Below, in pieces: positions 26,490 to 36,634 of a stretch of DNA of 64,000 nucleotides. Both the position numbers and the translations under genes were made by a program. The DNA comes from Ramazzottius varieornatus (lineage: Eukaryota; Animalia; Tardigrada), in NCBI GenBank assembly GCA_001949185.1, contig BDGG01000001.1, positions 7,266,149 through 7,330,148 of the forward strand, read 5' to 3'. The notes beneath the pieces are model-generated. The model was not told the origin of the DNA and ran no database searches. It saw nothing but the letters and a program-made list of their open reading frames with translations. The stretch's first letter is position 1. Each line of letters begins with the position of its first letter.

Positions 26490-26720
26490 ACCGCTCCGTA
26501 AATCAACTTTCCCTGTCTACCACCAATGATCCACAATGGATAAAAATGATCCGAACAAACATACCGCTGGTCAGAAAACTCTACCGCAATATTCAACGCA
26601 CGCAACCAATTCTCCCTGCCCCCCCCCCCCCCAATCATCAGAAAACGGGAACAAGGACCTTCGAGTCCTAGTCCACCTGTAACGGTACCCACACACAACA
26701 CAGCTTCTCCCAGACCTCTC
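26490..26720 (-). pseudogene. THAP zinc-finger domain split by a frameshift in a G14 run
   Basis: SCVVCGYRYRWTRTRRSLFPFSDD in one frame joins RENWLRALNI...YVCSDHF...GAVP in another, giving the C2CH THAP pattern with the conserved W, HF and AVP. Confidence 0.75.
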
Positions 26721-26968
26721 ACTGATATCCCTTCGCACCACGACACACCCATATTCCCCAACTATCCACACGAAAACAAGAGCCCAAACCTGCAATGAAA
26801 CACAACAACACATACTGATTACCATGAAACCCTAGCCGCTTCAACTTCACGGAAACGCAAAACGCATAAACGGCAATAAGGTAATGGACGTTAAATAACA
26901 GATAACAAGAGCAGCATCCGACATACCACAATCACGTACGAACTCAACCCAGCTGAGTAATATCACAA

Positions 26969-27053
26969 GTGAATGAACCTTGGTTCCCATCCTTTGATCT
27001 TTCCGCCATAGGCTCAGGCTTGCCATAGTTTTCCCAAACTTTTAGGGCTTTAC
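26969..27053. repeat. Right copy of the ~85-bp direct repeat
   Basis: Homologous to 20380-20463, same orientation. Confidence 0.9.
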
Positions 27054-27707
27054 AATGCCTGAACAGCTTTCTACGATGACTCAAACGGTCTATGATTTAT
27101 TCTAAAGCTCCGCTGGAAGGCCAGCCTTTGGGCGGAGCTCTCGCAAAATAGAATTTAGACTTCAGAGGAAATTTTGTAGAAAAGTTGAAGTAAAATTCAA
27201 GCGCAATCCCAGAAAACATCGTCCCGCACTCCCGGAGCAGCCGCCGAACGGGAGCTGGAGGTCATCCGAAGAGACGGGGCGGTTCCAAATCAAGTTGTGC
27301 GTGGTCGCTTGGATGTACCGGTGGAGCGATTTCTGTCGACCTGCCAAATTTCGCCGTCCGCTGTTCATTTTGTCAGGCCATTCTATGCTTCCTACCGGTA
27401 CAACCATTCCGCCATACATTGGTTTAGCGTCGTAAACTAGCTTAGCGATCGAAGGGCGTGGTAACGCTGCTGACGGATCCGCATCGAACAGCTGAAAATT
27501 AATTAATTCTGGATTTTCAGTTTTCACCACATGGTTCCTCCGCTGGTAGCTTCGTCGGACTTTTTCCGTCTTCGCCGAATCGCCGCTCCTTGAGTCCTTC
27601 TTCCAGACTTAGCAGCTCTTCAGATCCAGCATCTTCCATACCAAGTGAGAACCTTGAGTCTTTGGACGTCAACTGTTTGCCCAGTCTGAAAGCCAGACAG
27701 ATCCAAG

Positions 27708-28609
27708 ATGCCTCCCAAGTTTGATCCCAATGAGATCATGGTCGGTAAGTGCGAGAGAAACTCATTCTTTCTGGTAACTTGGGTTCTTTCCAACCACTGG
27801 TGGATCACTCTCGTGAGTTTTTCCCGTATTATCATTCATTCGGCTTGTAGTCTACATGAGGGCGATCGGTGGTGAAGTCGGTGCCACCGCATCTTTGGCT
27901 CCAAAGATTGGTCCTCTCGGTCTGGTAAGTTCACCCGTTCAAAATATTACTTCCGCTTGATTATTGATTCATCAAGTAACCGTTGGTTTCGCTCTCTAGT
28001 CTCCCAAGAAGGTCGGAGAAGATATCGCCAAAGCTACCGGCGACTGGAAAGGCCTGAAAGTAACCGTCAAGCTGACAATTCAGAATCGTGTAGCCAAGAT
28101 CGACGTCGTCCCCAGCGCAGCTTCGCTGATTATCAAGGCTTTGAAGGAACCTCCGCGTGACCGAAAGAAAGTCAAGAATGGTGAGTGCGCCAGATCTTCG
28201 CTTTTACCACAGATGTCCGCTCATCTACTACCTTGAAACCGGAAGTCAAGAACGACTTGAGCATGATCGTTTTTTCCAAGTGGCGCACACTTTCAGCCAG
28301 TAATTGCAAACGTGCGCAATTCGAGATAAGGACTATGCTCAATTCAAGTGCCAACGTCCCCAATTATAAAAAACTGGTAAGCTAACTCTTGTTTCCTTTG
28401 CAGTTAAGCACTCCGGTAATCTTACCATGGACGAGATTGTCGACATTGCCAGGACTATGAAGCCTCGTTCTATGGCAAGAAAGCTGGAAGGAGTGGTGAA
28501 GGAGATTCTTGGTACTTGCCAAAGCGTTGGCTGCACCGTTGAGGGAAGCAATCCTCACGATCTTATTGAGAAGATCAAAGCTGGAGAACTTGATGTGCCC
28601 GAGAAGTAG
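27708..28609 (+). CDS. RPL12: 60S ribosomal protein L12 (uL11), 4 coding exons
   Basis: [29 protein letters not shown]|[42 protein letters not shown]; AATAAA at ~28661. Confidence 0.98.
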
Positions 28610-29186
28610 ACTTGTTCTTCTTTCTTCCTTAAGTTTTGTGGATTAGCGATGCTGTGAACGAATAAAAACTCGAATCCGCATAGACGAAGGCTTCTCGTTA
28701 CCATTGCGAAAGCTAGTAGTTGAACGGTTTCATTCTTATTGGCTAGGTTAGATTAATTGAAGAAAGTCTGGAGACTTTTTCTTGCCGGAGGATGGCAGGC
28801 CCGTGATAGCGACTGATCTGTGATAATTTGGACTGTGGCAATAGCGAACCATATCTCCTGGTTCGTCCAGCAGAGCTGAAGAAGGCATCTTTGTTCGATG
28901 ATCTCCGGGAGTATAAATTCAGAAAAACAGTTCACCTGTTTGAGAGTTTTGGACGAAAGCTAGGACCTGTTTGGCAAGTCTTTCGAGAAACCAGAGTTTC
29001 TCAGATAAGTCAGATTGGCAGAAAGAAAACTGACAGTGGAAATTAATGTCACGCGAAGTGACGATTGACGTCATGACCATACTTGCTTTACGAATGTAAA
29101 ATGGTTGGATTCATGCGCGAGTATGCGAGGTGCTTTTGAAACTGGTCACCAGAGAAGAATTCGAGGAAACCTCGCAGAGTCTGATT

Positions 29187-30080
29187 TTAATTCAACATGA
29201 ATGGCTCCTCTTTCGACGATCTGAAATCCGGCCCATCACCAACATCATATTCTTCTTCTATCTCGAAAGAATCAATATCCATCAGTCTGCTCTTATTCTG
29301 CTCAAACATTTCCGAAAACACTTCGTACTCCTCGAGCGAAACTCCGACCAACTTTGCGAACTTCGCGTCTGTCGTCCGGAGCAGTCTTGCTAGGCTTGGG
29401 TTGAGTTCAGCAAGCTCCGGGTTCTTCAGCGTTACCATCTGGTAGACGCCACACCGTTCGGCGAAGAGATGCCTTTTGATGATGTGCTCCAAGGGAAAGT
29501 CAAAGGCACCAGCTTGGACGATGTGAGCAGGCGTCTGGCCCATCTTCATCGTGATGTACTGGATGATCTTGTAAGTTTCTTTAAAGGGCTGAACGAAAGC
29601 TTTAGGTGTGTGAAGAGCGATCTGGTCGATGTCCGCTCGTGTGAAGATAACCAGGAATTCGGCGATACGGTCAGCGAAAGCGGGATCTTTGATGTCGACG
29701 TAGTACTCGGAAGGCACTGGAACGTAATCCAGCTTGGCTGCCTTGTTCTGGGCCAACTTGGCTTTCCATGCTCTCTTCAAATCGGCCTGCGTGGAGTGCG
29801 TCTCAGGAATGGGGGCATCTTCGGTATGGCGAGTGAGAACAATCTTGGGATTCTTCTTAGGAAAACGCTTGGCTTTCTGTGACAGCGGACCGGAAGTGGC
29901 GATCCAGCTTCGCTGAGGGGATGTTACCTGGATGTTCTGAAGCAGATATGCCTCGTTCGCTATCCATCTAAAATAAAAAAAATTTGTATAGTGTTTCTCA
30001 CCACAAACGGTGTGTCTCAGGGGCGATGAAAACGGGTCCGCTCACCTGCAAAGTAATGACGAGAAGCGGCCTGTTATCAT
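29187..30080 (-). CDS. MTERF4: MTERF4-like mitochondrial protein, 2 exons
   Basis: Presequence-like start MITGRFSSLLCR|W. The C-terminal HIIKRHLFAERCGVY...NPSLARLLRTTDAKF...SLEEYEVF and the acidic tail resemble MTERF4. Confidence 0.7.
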
Positions 30081-30215
30081 CTTGTAGACTGAGCTTCCCG
30101 CAACGAATCGTCCTCGCCTTGGTGCTGTCCTTGGCTGCGACTAAGATCGTATGTCTGCAGAATTTTGGCGATGTGAAAGAAATAAAGGGCTGTGAATTAT
30201 CACGTGCACTGTAGT

Positions 30216-30854
30216 TAGTGCTGGCAAAAATACGATAAAATTCGATACGATATTTTTCGACAAAATATCCGCAGGTATTTCATCGCGGTCTTCGATATTC
30301 GTTCGGTATCGATATTTCGATATGATATTTTTCCTAGACCGTATTTTTGATATATCGTATCATATCGCAGCGATAAATCGATATTTTTGCAATTAGAGTT
30401 TTTTCAGAATTCCACTTGGTTCAAGGCCAAGAACCCAAGAAGTCGATTTCCACATAAAGTATAAGTAAGATCGAAAGCGTTGGATACAGCAAAGACGTGG
30501 CAGTACCAAGAGTCCAAGACTTCAAATACATGGAAAGCTGGACAGAATTAGTACCAAAAACGAATGGGCGGAGCATACTTGCCTGCTCGGCATACCCTGG
30601 CCGGAATCAAGGCTTTGAAATCAACTGTAGTCTTTAGTAAATGTGATATAATTGCCGAGTTTTCCATTCAGCAAAATAACGATATATCGAAAATACATCG
30701 ATATGCCGCGATACGATATCACGGAATATTTTATTGCGTTATTCGGTATGAGCTTCATATCGATATTTTCGATACGATATCTGCCGCATATTTTATCGCA
30801 AAGATTCGATATATTTCGATAGGATATCGGTATACCGTATCGTTGCCAGCACTA
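30216..30854. mobile_element. hAT-like MITE
   Basis: TIRs TAGTGCTGGCAA / TTGCCAGCACTA and dense CGATA/TATCG subterminal repeats. No intact 8-bp TSD. Confidence 0.85.
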
Positions 30855-30995
30855 GGCTGAATAAATCACCCGTCCACCGCTGGCCTGAATGCGTCAATGC
30901 GAACTTGCGAAGTGTACACTTTCTTCCATTTTCTCGTGCTTCTATCGTAGAGGTGTTCTCCTTCTTTTTCAGTCTAGGTTGCGGCAGCAGAAGCG

Positions 30996-32943
30996 ATGTC
31001 GCAGCGTCGGACCAAGATCAACAATCTGAGGAGAAAGAGTCGATTAACCAGGGAGCAGTCCAGCAGGACTCGCAGTTTCCGTCTATCATTTGCCGAGCTG
31101 ATCGACGTTCTGGAGCCTGGTGGGCCATTCTCCGAAACAGAAGCTTCAGCTTGGAAGAGCATTATCGACCGCAACGAGCAGCTCATCATATTCTACCAAG
31201 TGGACTACATCCAAGCCAGCCCCAACATTTCTAAATGCGTCCGTATTCGGCGTCATCGTTCAGACAGCAATGTGGACAAGCTCATTCCCACTGTCTTTGT
31301 CAACCAACAGCTTCAGTCCACCTACGTCAAAGATCTCCTCGGTCGAAAGCATCTCGATACACACGATGATCTGAAAACTATTCTCGACCATCTACAGGAC
31401 GAACAGGGACGTGTTGGTGTGGGTGTGAACGATGGCTTCGGGTGGGATGGAGACGACGATGGCAGCGACGATGAAGAGTATAATATTATCCCGAAGGGTA
31501 GTGTCCGATTTCCGTCCATCCTTCCGTCAACTGTGACAAGTGATGCGTCTTCCTACCTTCCTGGGTATGGAGAAGGTATTGATGTTGACCAAGAAGTTGA
31601 ATACCGGCTCCTTCAACCGAAGTGGGAAGAAGATGGGCAAGAAGAGGTCTTGTCGGAAATTCCACCTGGTACGTTTATATCTACGTCTCTCTTTTTTCCT
31701 GTTATCGTTGAGGTCTTCTCGGAGAGTTTCAGATGGCTCAGGCTCGGAAGAATACCTGCCTGCTTCGAAAAGAGTGCGGGAGTCTAGCGCAAGCATTGCA
31801 AGAAAGCGGCCAGCGAAAAGTGACACTGATACAACGTTCTCCCCGACTTACTCAGCTGATACAAACCCGAACCAGAATATTTCCGCTGGTAAGTTTCGAC
31901 ATGAGTTGGTTCAGTATGCGCCTGTGAGTGGTAGATGGAAATAAGCCAGTCTGTGAGTGCAAAGAAAACACCGTTTGCTGAGAAATGTTCTGTGTTGCAG
32001 CGTTGAAGTTGCTTCCATGTTCGAAGCCCGGACCTGGCAAAGTCCCGCTGATCCGAGCTCCCTACACCGGAACTCAGCTGTACGTTTGTGCTGTAAAGTA
32101 CCCACAGCTTCAGGAGAGGAATATCCAGGATAAGAGCAAGTATTTCCGAGCTCTGTTCAAGCTGTTGACAGGGGAAAACGGTGTGGCAGACCTGTTGCGG
32201 CATCGAGTAGCGTACATGCAGCAGCACAATTTGGAATCGTATGGGGCTGTTACTCAGCTGGGTACCGATTTCATGGATACAGTGAAATGTACGAACATGT
32301 GATTCACTTCGCAATTACAGGGGTTTTCAACCATAGCTTACTTTAGAGATGGACAAAGTCACAGAAAAACCGCGCAAGGTCGCCATCTCAGGTGGCGCAT
32401 GTTTCTATTGTTACTGGATGGAAGGGTGCGCCACTCACGATGACGACCCCTTAGGTGGCGCACGCTTCTAGCCATTATCGCCGGAAACGTCAAACGTGCG
32501 CTACTTGAGATAGGAGAGCTTCCCTCACCACCGGCATCACCGACAGGCTCATCTCACCACCGGTTTTGATTGATACACCACCGATTTGACTCCTCAGCAC
32601 TTCTAATTACAGTAAATCTTTAATTACCGGTATATGAAATGTGACTTCAACTAGAAAATTAGTGATCCACCAACATAGCGAAAGTGGGTGATTATCGATT
32701 ATCGTCACCGAACTTACCGAATTCGGAATAGTGCGGTGAGCCCATCGGTGTTGTCGGTGGTCAGGTGGTAAGAGGAGCCCCCTCCTAATTTGTTTGTTTC
32801 TTGCATCTGCAGGTCACTTGCAACAGAAAGGTATCACTGATACAAAATTCCTGGCCGCCCTACTCAGCAGCATTCTTTACGATGGGCGCAGGTTCGAGAA
32901 ACGTAAAACGACGAGCCAGAAAGCGGAACAGGTGGAATCCTAA
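30996..32943 (+). CDS. Uncharacterised nuclear protein with a possible C-terminal BEN-like domain (spliced)
   Basis: Long first ORF with an acidic tract, followed by a basic NLS-like RKRPAK segment. The last exons join KSKYFRALFKLL...LGTDFMDTVK|CHLQQKG...LSSILYDGRRFEKRK, a helical pattern resembling BEN domains. Confidence 0.55.
32389..32507. repeat. Tandem pair of family-A palindromes in an intron
   Basis: CAGGTGGCGCAT-N25-GTGCGCCACTCA and TAGGTGGCGCAC-N32-GTGCGCTACTTG; the 32-nt spacer is 25 nt plus a 7-nt local duplication. Confidence 0.85.
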
Positions 32944-32986
32944 ATCAGAAAACGACATTGTTTTTTTCTTGTACGATCTTCCTGTA

Positions 32987-33923
32987 CACGAACGACGGGA
33001 TATTATGAGCCAGTAAAAACTACGGACCGGGCTCTTTCGCTACGGCGGCACGTGCAGGTGGTTCTTGCTACGAGTAAAAACAGCAGCGAAGGCTGGACTG
33101 CTGTACGGACGTGCTGAAAATTGAGCCAAGGAGCTGAAGATGACAGTTCATAACAGTAGATAGATCTCTGTTTTGCAGGAAAATCTCTTCTCTTTTCGAG
33201 GGGCGTCGATGGAAGAAAGTAAATGACGCTGGTTTTTACTATTTGGCACTTCCCGGACAGGGCGAGTTTTCACCCTTGTAAGAACATGGGCATTCAAAGT
33301 TCATGAAGACACATCCAAATTCAAAGGTGACACCAAATGACGCGGTAATGAACTTTTGACCATCTTCCGAAAAGTAGCTCATCACCGCTCCATGTATGGA
33401 ACAAAAAGTGGCTTGGCGCGCACCTTCGCGTAGAATAGGATGTCAGCAAGGTTTGCGGTGAGCTATAAAGGACAGATAGCTGCGTCCCGGAAACAGCTGA
33501 TTCGGCCCGCACTGCAAACCATGCATATAAAATTGGTGCAAAAAACTTCCTTTCAGTTTTCTTCCCTACATGGACATTTCCGCCAAAATTTCCCCATCCA
33601 TTAGTTTCTCGCATATCTCCAGCATTTGATACTTTAGGGCATGCTCCAGATAACTGAAAGCGGTTTGAAGAGTTCGACTAACACCCCTTCAGAGAAACTC
33701 GTTTCCTGAACAATTTGAGAAATACCTCGGAAGTGCCGATGAACAATCCGCAGTCTCGAAACGCAAAAGTCAAACAGCTGGTCGGCTGATGGGCACTGTC
33801 CACGATAATTTTCTACGGTTGAACTTTACCACGTTACGTCATTTGTCCATCCAAATTGTAAATTTGCCGTATTTTCCGCCTGACCCGTAATTTTTACTGG
33901 CCTATAATATCCCGTCGTTCGTG
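32987..33923. mobile_element. Non-autonomous TIR element with TA duplication
   Basis: ~42-bp TIRs beginning CACGAACGACGGGATATTAT at both ends, each flanked by TA. Confidence 0.85.
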
Positions 33924-36634
33924 TACCTATGTGGACACTTGCTGCCTCGATCGTGGCAAATGTTGAAGTTTCGACAATTCGGATGCAAGACTTTGTTCCC
34001 CTTGTTCAAAGTAATGAGCGTCCAGTTGGTACTTGGTGGCATGTTTCGTCATGTCTGGCGGACACCAGAAAAGTCACGTGGAATTTTCGTGAATTTGGCA
34101 ACTGTTGTATCGCGGATGTAACATCGTGTCCCGAATCACCAGAATCTCTATTATGGTTCTGGCTGGAAGCGTGCGCTGCTTGAGAAAACAATCATGCTCA
34201 AGTCACTTGCCGTTGCCTCATATGCCTCCATTCTCATCCAGCGATTTCCGCCCTTCCCAGTCGCTGTCGTAGTTCTTTCGACTATTTCGTTTTCTGGGCT
34301 GAGTGGGCTCCGTCCATTTCGTTTTTCGGGGGTTGTCTCGCTTTCCCACCGCAGTTGTGCTCACAGACTGGAAGAGATTTTTTTGGGGAAATGCCGAATA
34401 CTGTATGCAGTCGAAAGTTGCAATACGTCGGACGGCTTTCGCGAGGTACCACAAGTTTGACAGGGTAATCACAGCTTGAAAAGTCAACAAGATTTCTTCG
34501 TACAGTGCCAACCACTTGTTGCTCTTGCAAAGTTTTGTTCCTTTACAGAAAGGCAATGCGCCTGTGGACAAAGGCAAGCGGAGCGTGGGTATGAAGAGCG
34601 CAAGGATTGACGTAGCGTCTCGTCTAACATGCCTGTCCATCGGACCCTCGCCTCGCCGATGTCTTGGGCCTGTTCGTCCTGGGTCTTGTGGTTTACAGGT
34701 CGAACGGTCGACAAAGGCACTACTTCAACCGACTAGCTGGCTTCCGGAGCCACAATGGATGGCGGAGAGGAGAGCGTTCAGACTTTGTCTCAGCGGAGAA
34801 GAGGTTGAATGGGAAGAAGGACGGGCGGATCGGCTGGTGACACTTGCGCGATCGTTCGCCGTGATTTTCCCCGGTAAGTCATCGAAGGTAAATGGTAATT
34901 GCGACAATCGGCGGCTTTGACAACGTGTCGAGCAGGCTCGTGTGAACGATTAGGCAATTGACGGTTAAAGCCGACGCGGATTAAGAAGAGAAAGAGCGCG
35001 ACTAACCGAGGTAATAATCCAAACAATCAGAGCCCACCTCGTCAAGTTCAAGTAAACGGCCATTGGCTTAGTGACTGATTTTCTTGTTCTTCCAGCTGCA
35101 TCCATTTTTCCACCAAGAGGACATTTTCCGCGGGTGATCGACGGTGACCAGCCGATTGGCCGAGACCCATTGGACATGACCACGAAAAATGGCAAAGTAC
35201 GTCTACTCCGAACGCATTACCGCATCGTCTGACTCTGACACTGTCAACCTTGAAAATATAAAATTTGATCGAACTCTGACCCTCAAACTTGAAAATTCCA
35301 GGGCAAATATCCACACAACACTTCGGAAACAGTTCGGCAGACAAACTCGACAAGCTCGTTCATCCAAGTGGCGCATACTTCCAGTCTACACCGCTAAAGA
35401 CATGCGCAACGTGCCAAAGCAATCTTTTCCAGATTGTTTTCCCAAGTGGCGCACATGTTCAGAGCTGTAGGCCGGAAGCGTGCGCTACTTGGACGAAGGA
35501 TCCGATCGAGTTTCTTTGCCACGTTCCCCGTTCATTTCAAATACCGAATATCACAAAATACCATTAGTCTTTCCTGAGACCTTCCTGAGACTCGGTCTCA
35601 GGAAAGACATTAGTCTTTCCTGAGACCGAGCACTGGCCACCTGTTCCGAGTCACTGTAGTATGAAAGAACATTACTCAGCATCAATTCTCCGAATTTGAT
35701 ATTGTACTTTCTTGTCCGAATTTCGCGTTTTGAATTGCCAGTACTTTACCCAGACGTCCCTCGAGATTGCCCCACATTGTACAGTAATTTCTTTAGAAGG
35801 TGTGTTGGAGGCTACCCAAGTACCGAGACGGACCGTCCACCGGCGGACTGCTCAAGGCACAACATCAAGAGATGAAGATGAATGCGAGCAATCTGGAGCT
35901 GGTCATTTTGATCCGGTAATTAACTTTATGATGTATTGTTGACATAAAGAGCTTATGGGTTTTCACACCAAGTTTATGGCCAGTCTGTCCAGTAGGGCGT
36001 ATTTGTATGTTTACCGGCTTTATTATCTCTTTAGTCCATAATATTTCGAGTGTGGTCAGTCATAGGAGAAACCTATCGGTTCCTTGAAAAGTCCGCCGCC
36101 GTCGCAATCTGTCTCAATGGTCCGTGGTACGTCTAAGGTACGTTCCATCATGCTGTAGCGGTTGAGGGATCTGCAGGAGCTCCACCCAGTAAGATGACGG
36201 CGGTATCGGTCTACCGCACTCGGAGGTATATAAAGCTAAAGATGGTGGTCCGAGCGTGTCGTATCAGTAGGTAGCAAGTGAGTCTGTACGGACAATCTAT
36301 ATTATTGTATATTATCCAACGGGTTTAGCGTTTAAACCATTGGGCTTGAGAGCCAGAGACTTGAGAATTAGCCAGATCGAATGTCGGCTAGACCGGACGA
36401 AGCGCGTCTTATTGGCCAAGATTCCTCAAGCTGAGGCCCCAACACGATAGTGTCTCATCATCTGTGAGTATCATCCGACAGGTTCTTTGCAAACCCATTC
36501 CTCTCCTCGCTCGCTCCCTCGTCGGCCTGAATCAATGTCTGACCGAATATTATCTTTTGTGAACAGTTGTGGATATTGAGCCAAACACCTTTCGGGAAGA
36601 GCCCTTCCGGACGTGGATCGAGCGGCCTGCCACC

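Noticed and set aside
27162-27639. Minus-strand ORF divergent from RPL12
   Set aside because: No recognisable domain, and the upstream ATG frame stops early.
27745-28402. Intronic snoRNA in RPL12
   Set aside because: No convincing C/D or H/ACA architecture was seen; the long intron is explained by a family-A palindrome.
36227-36280. TATATAAAG plus TCAGT as the MMP promoter
   Set aside because: The spacing (~37 nt) is longer than the canonical TATA-Inr distance and cannot be supported without TSS data.
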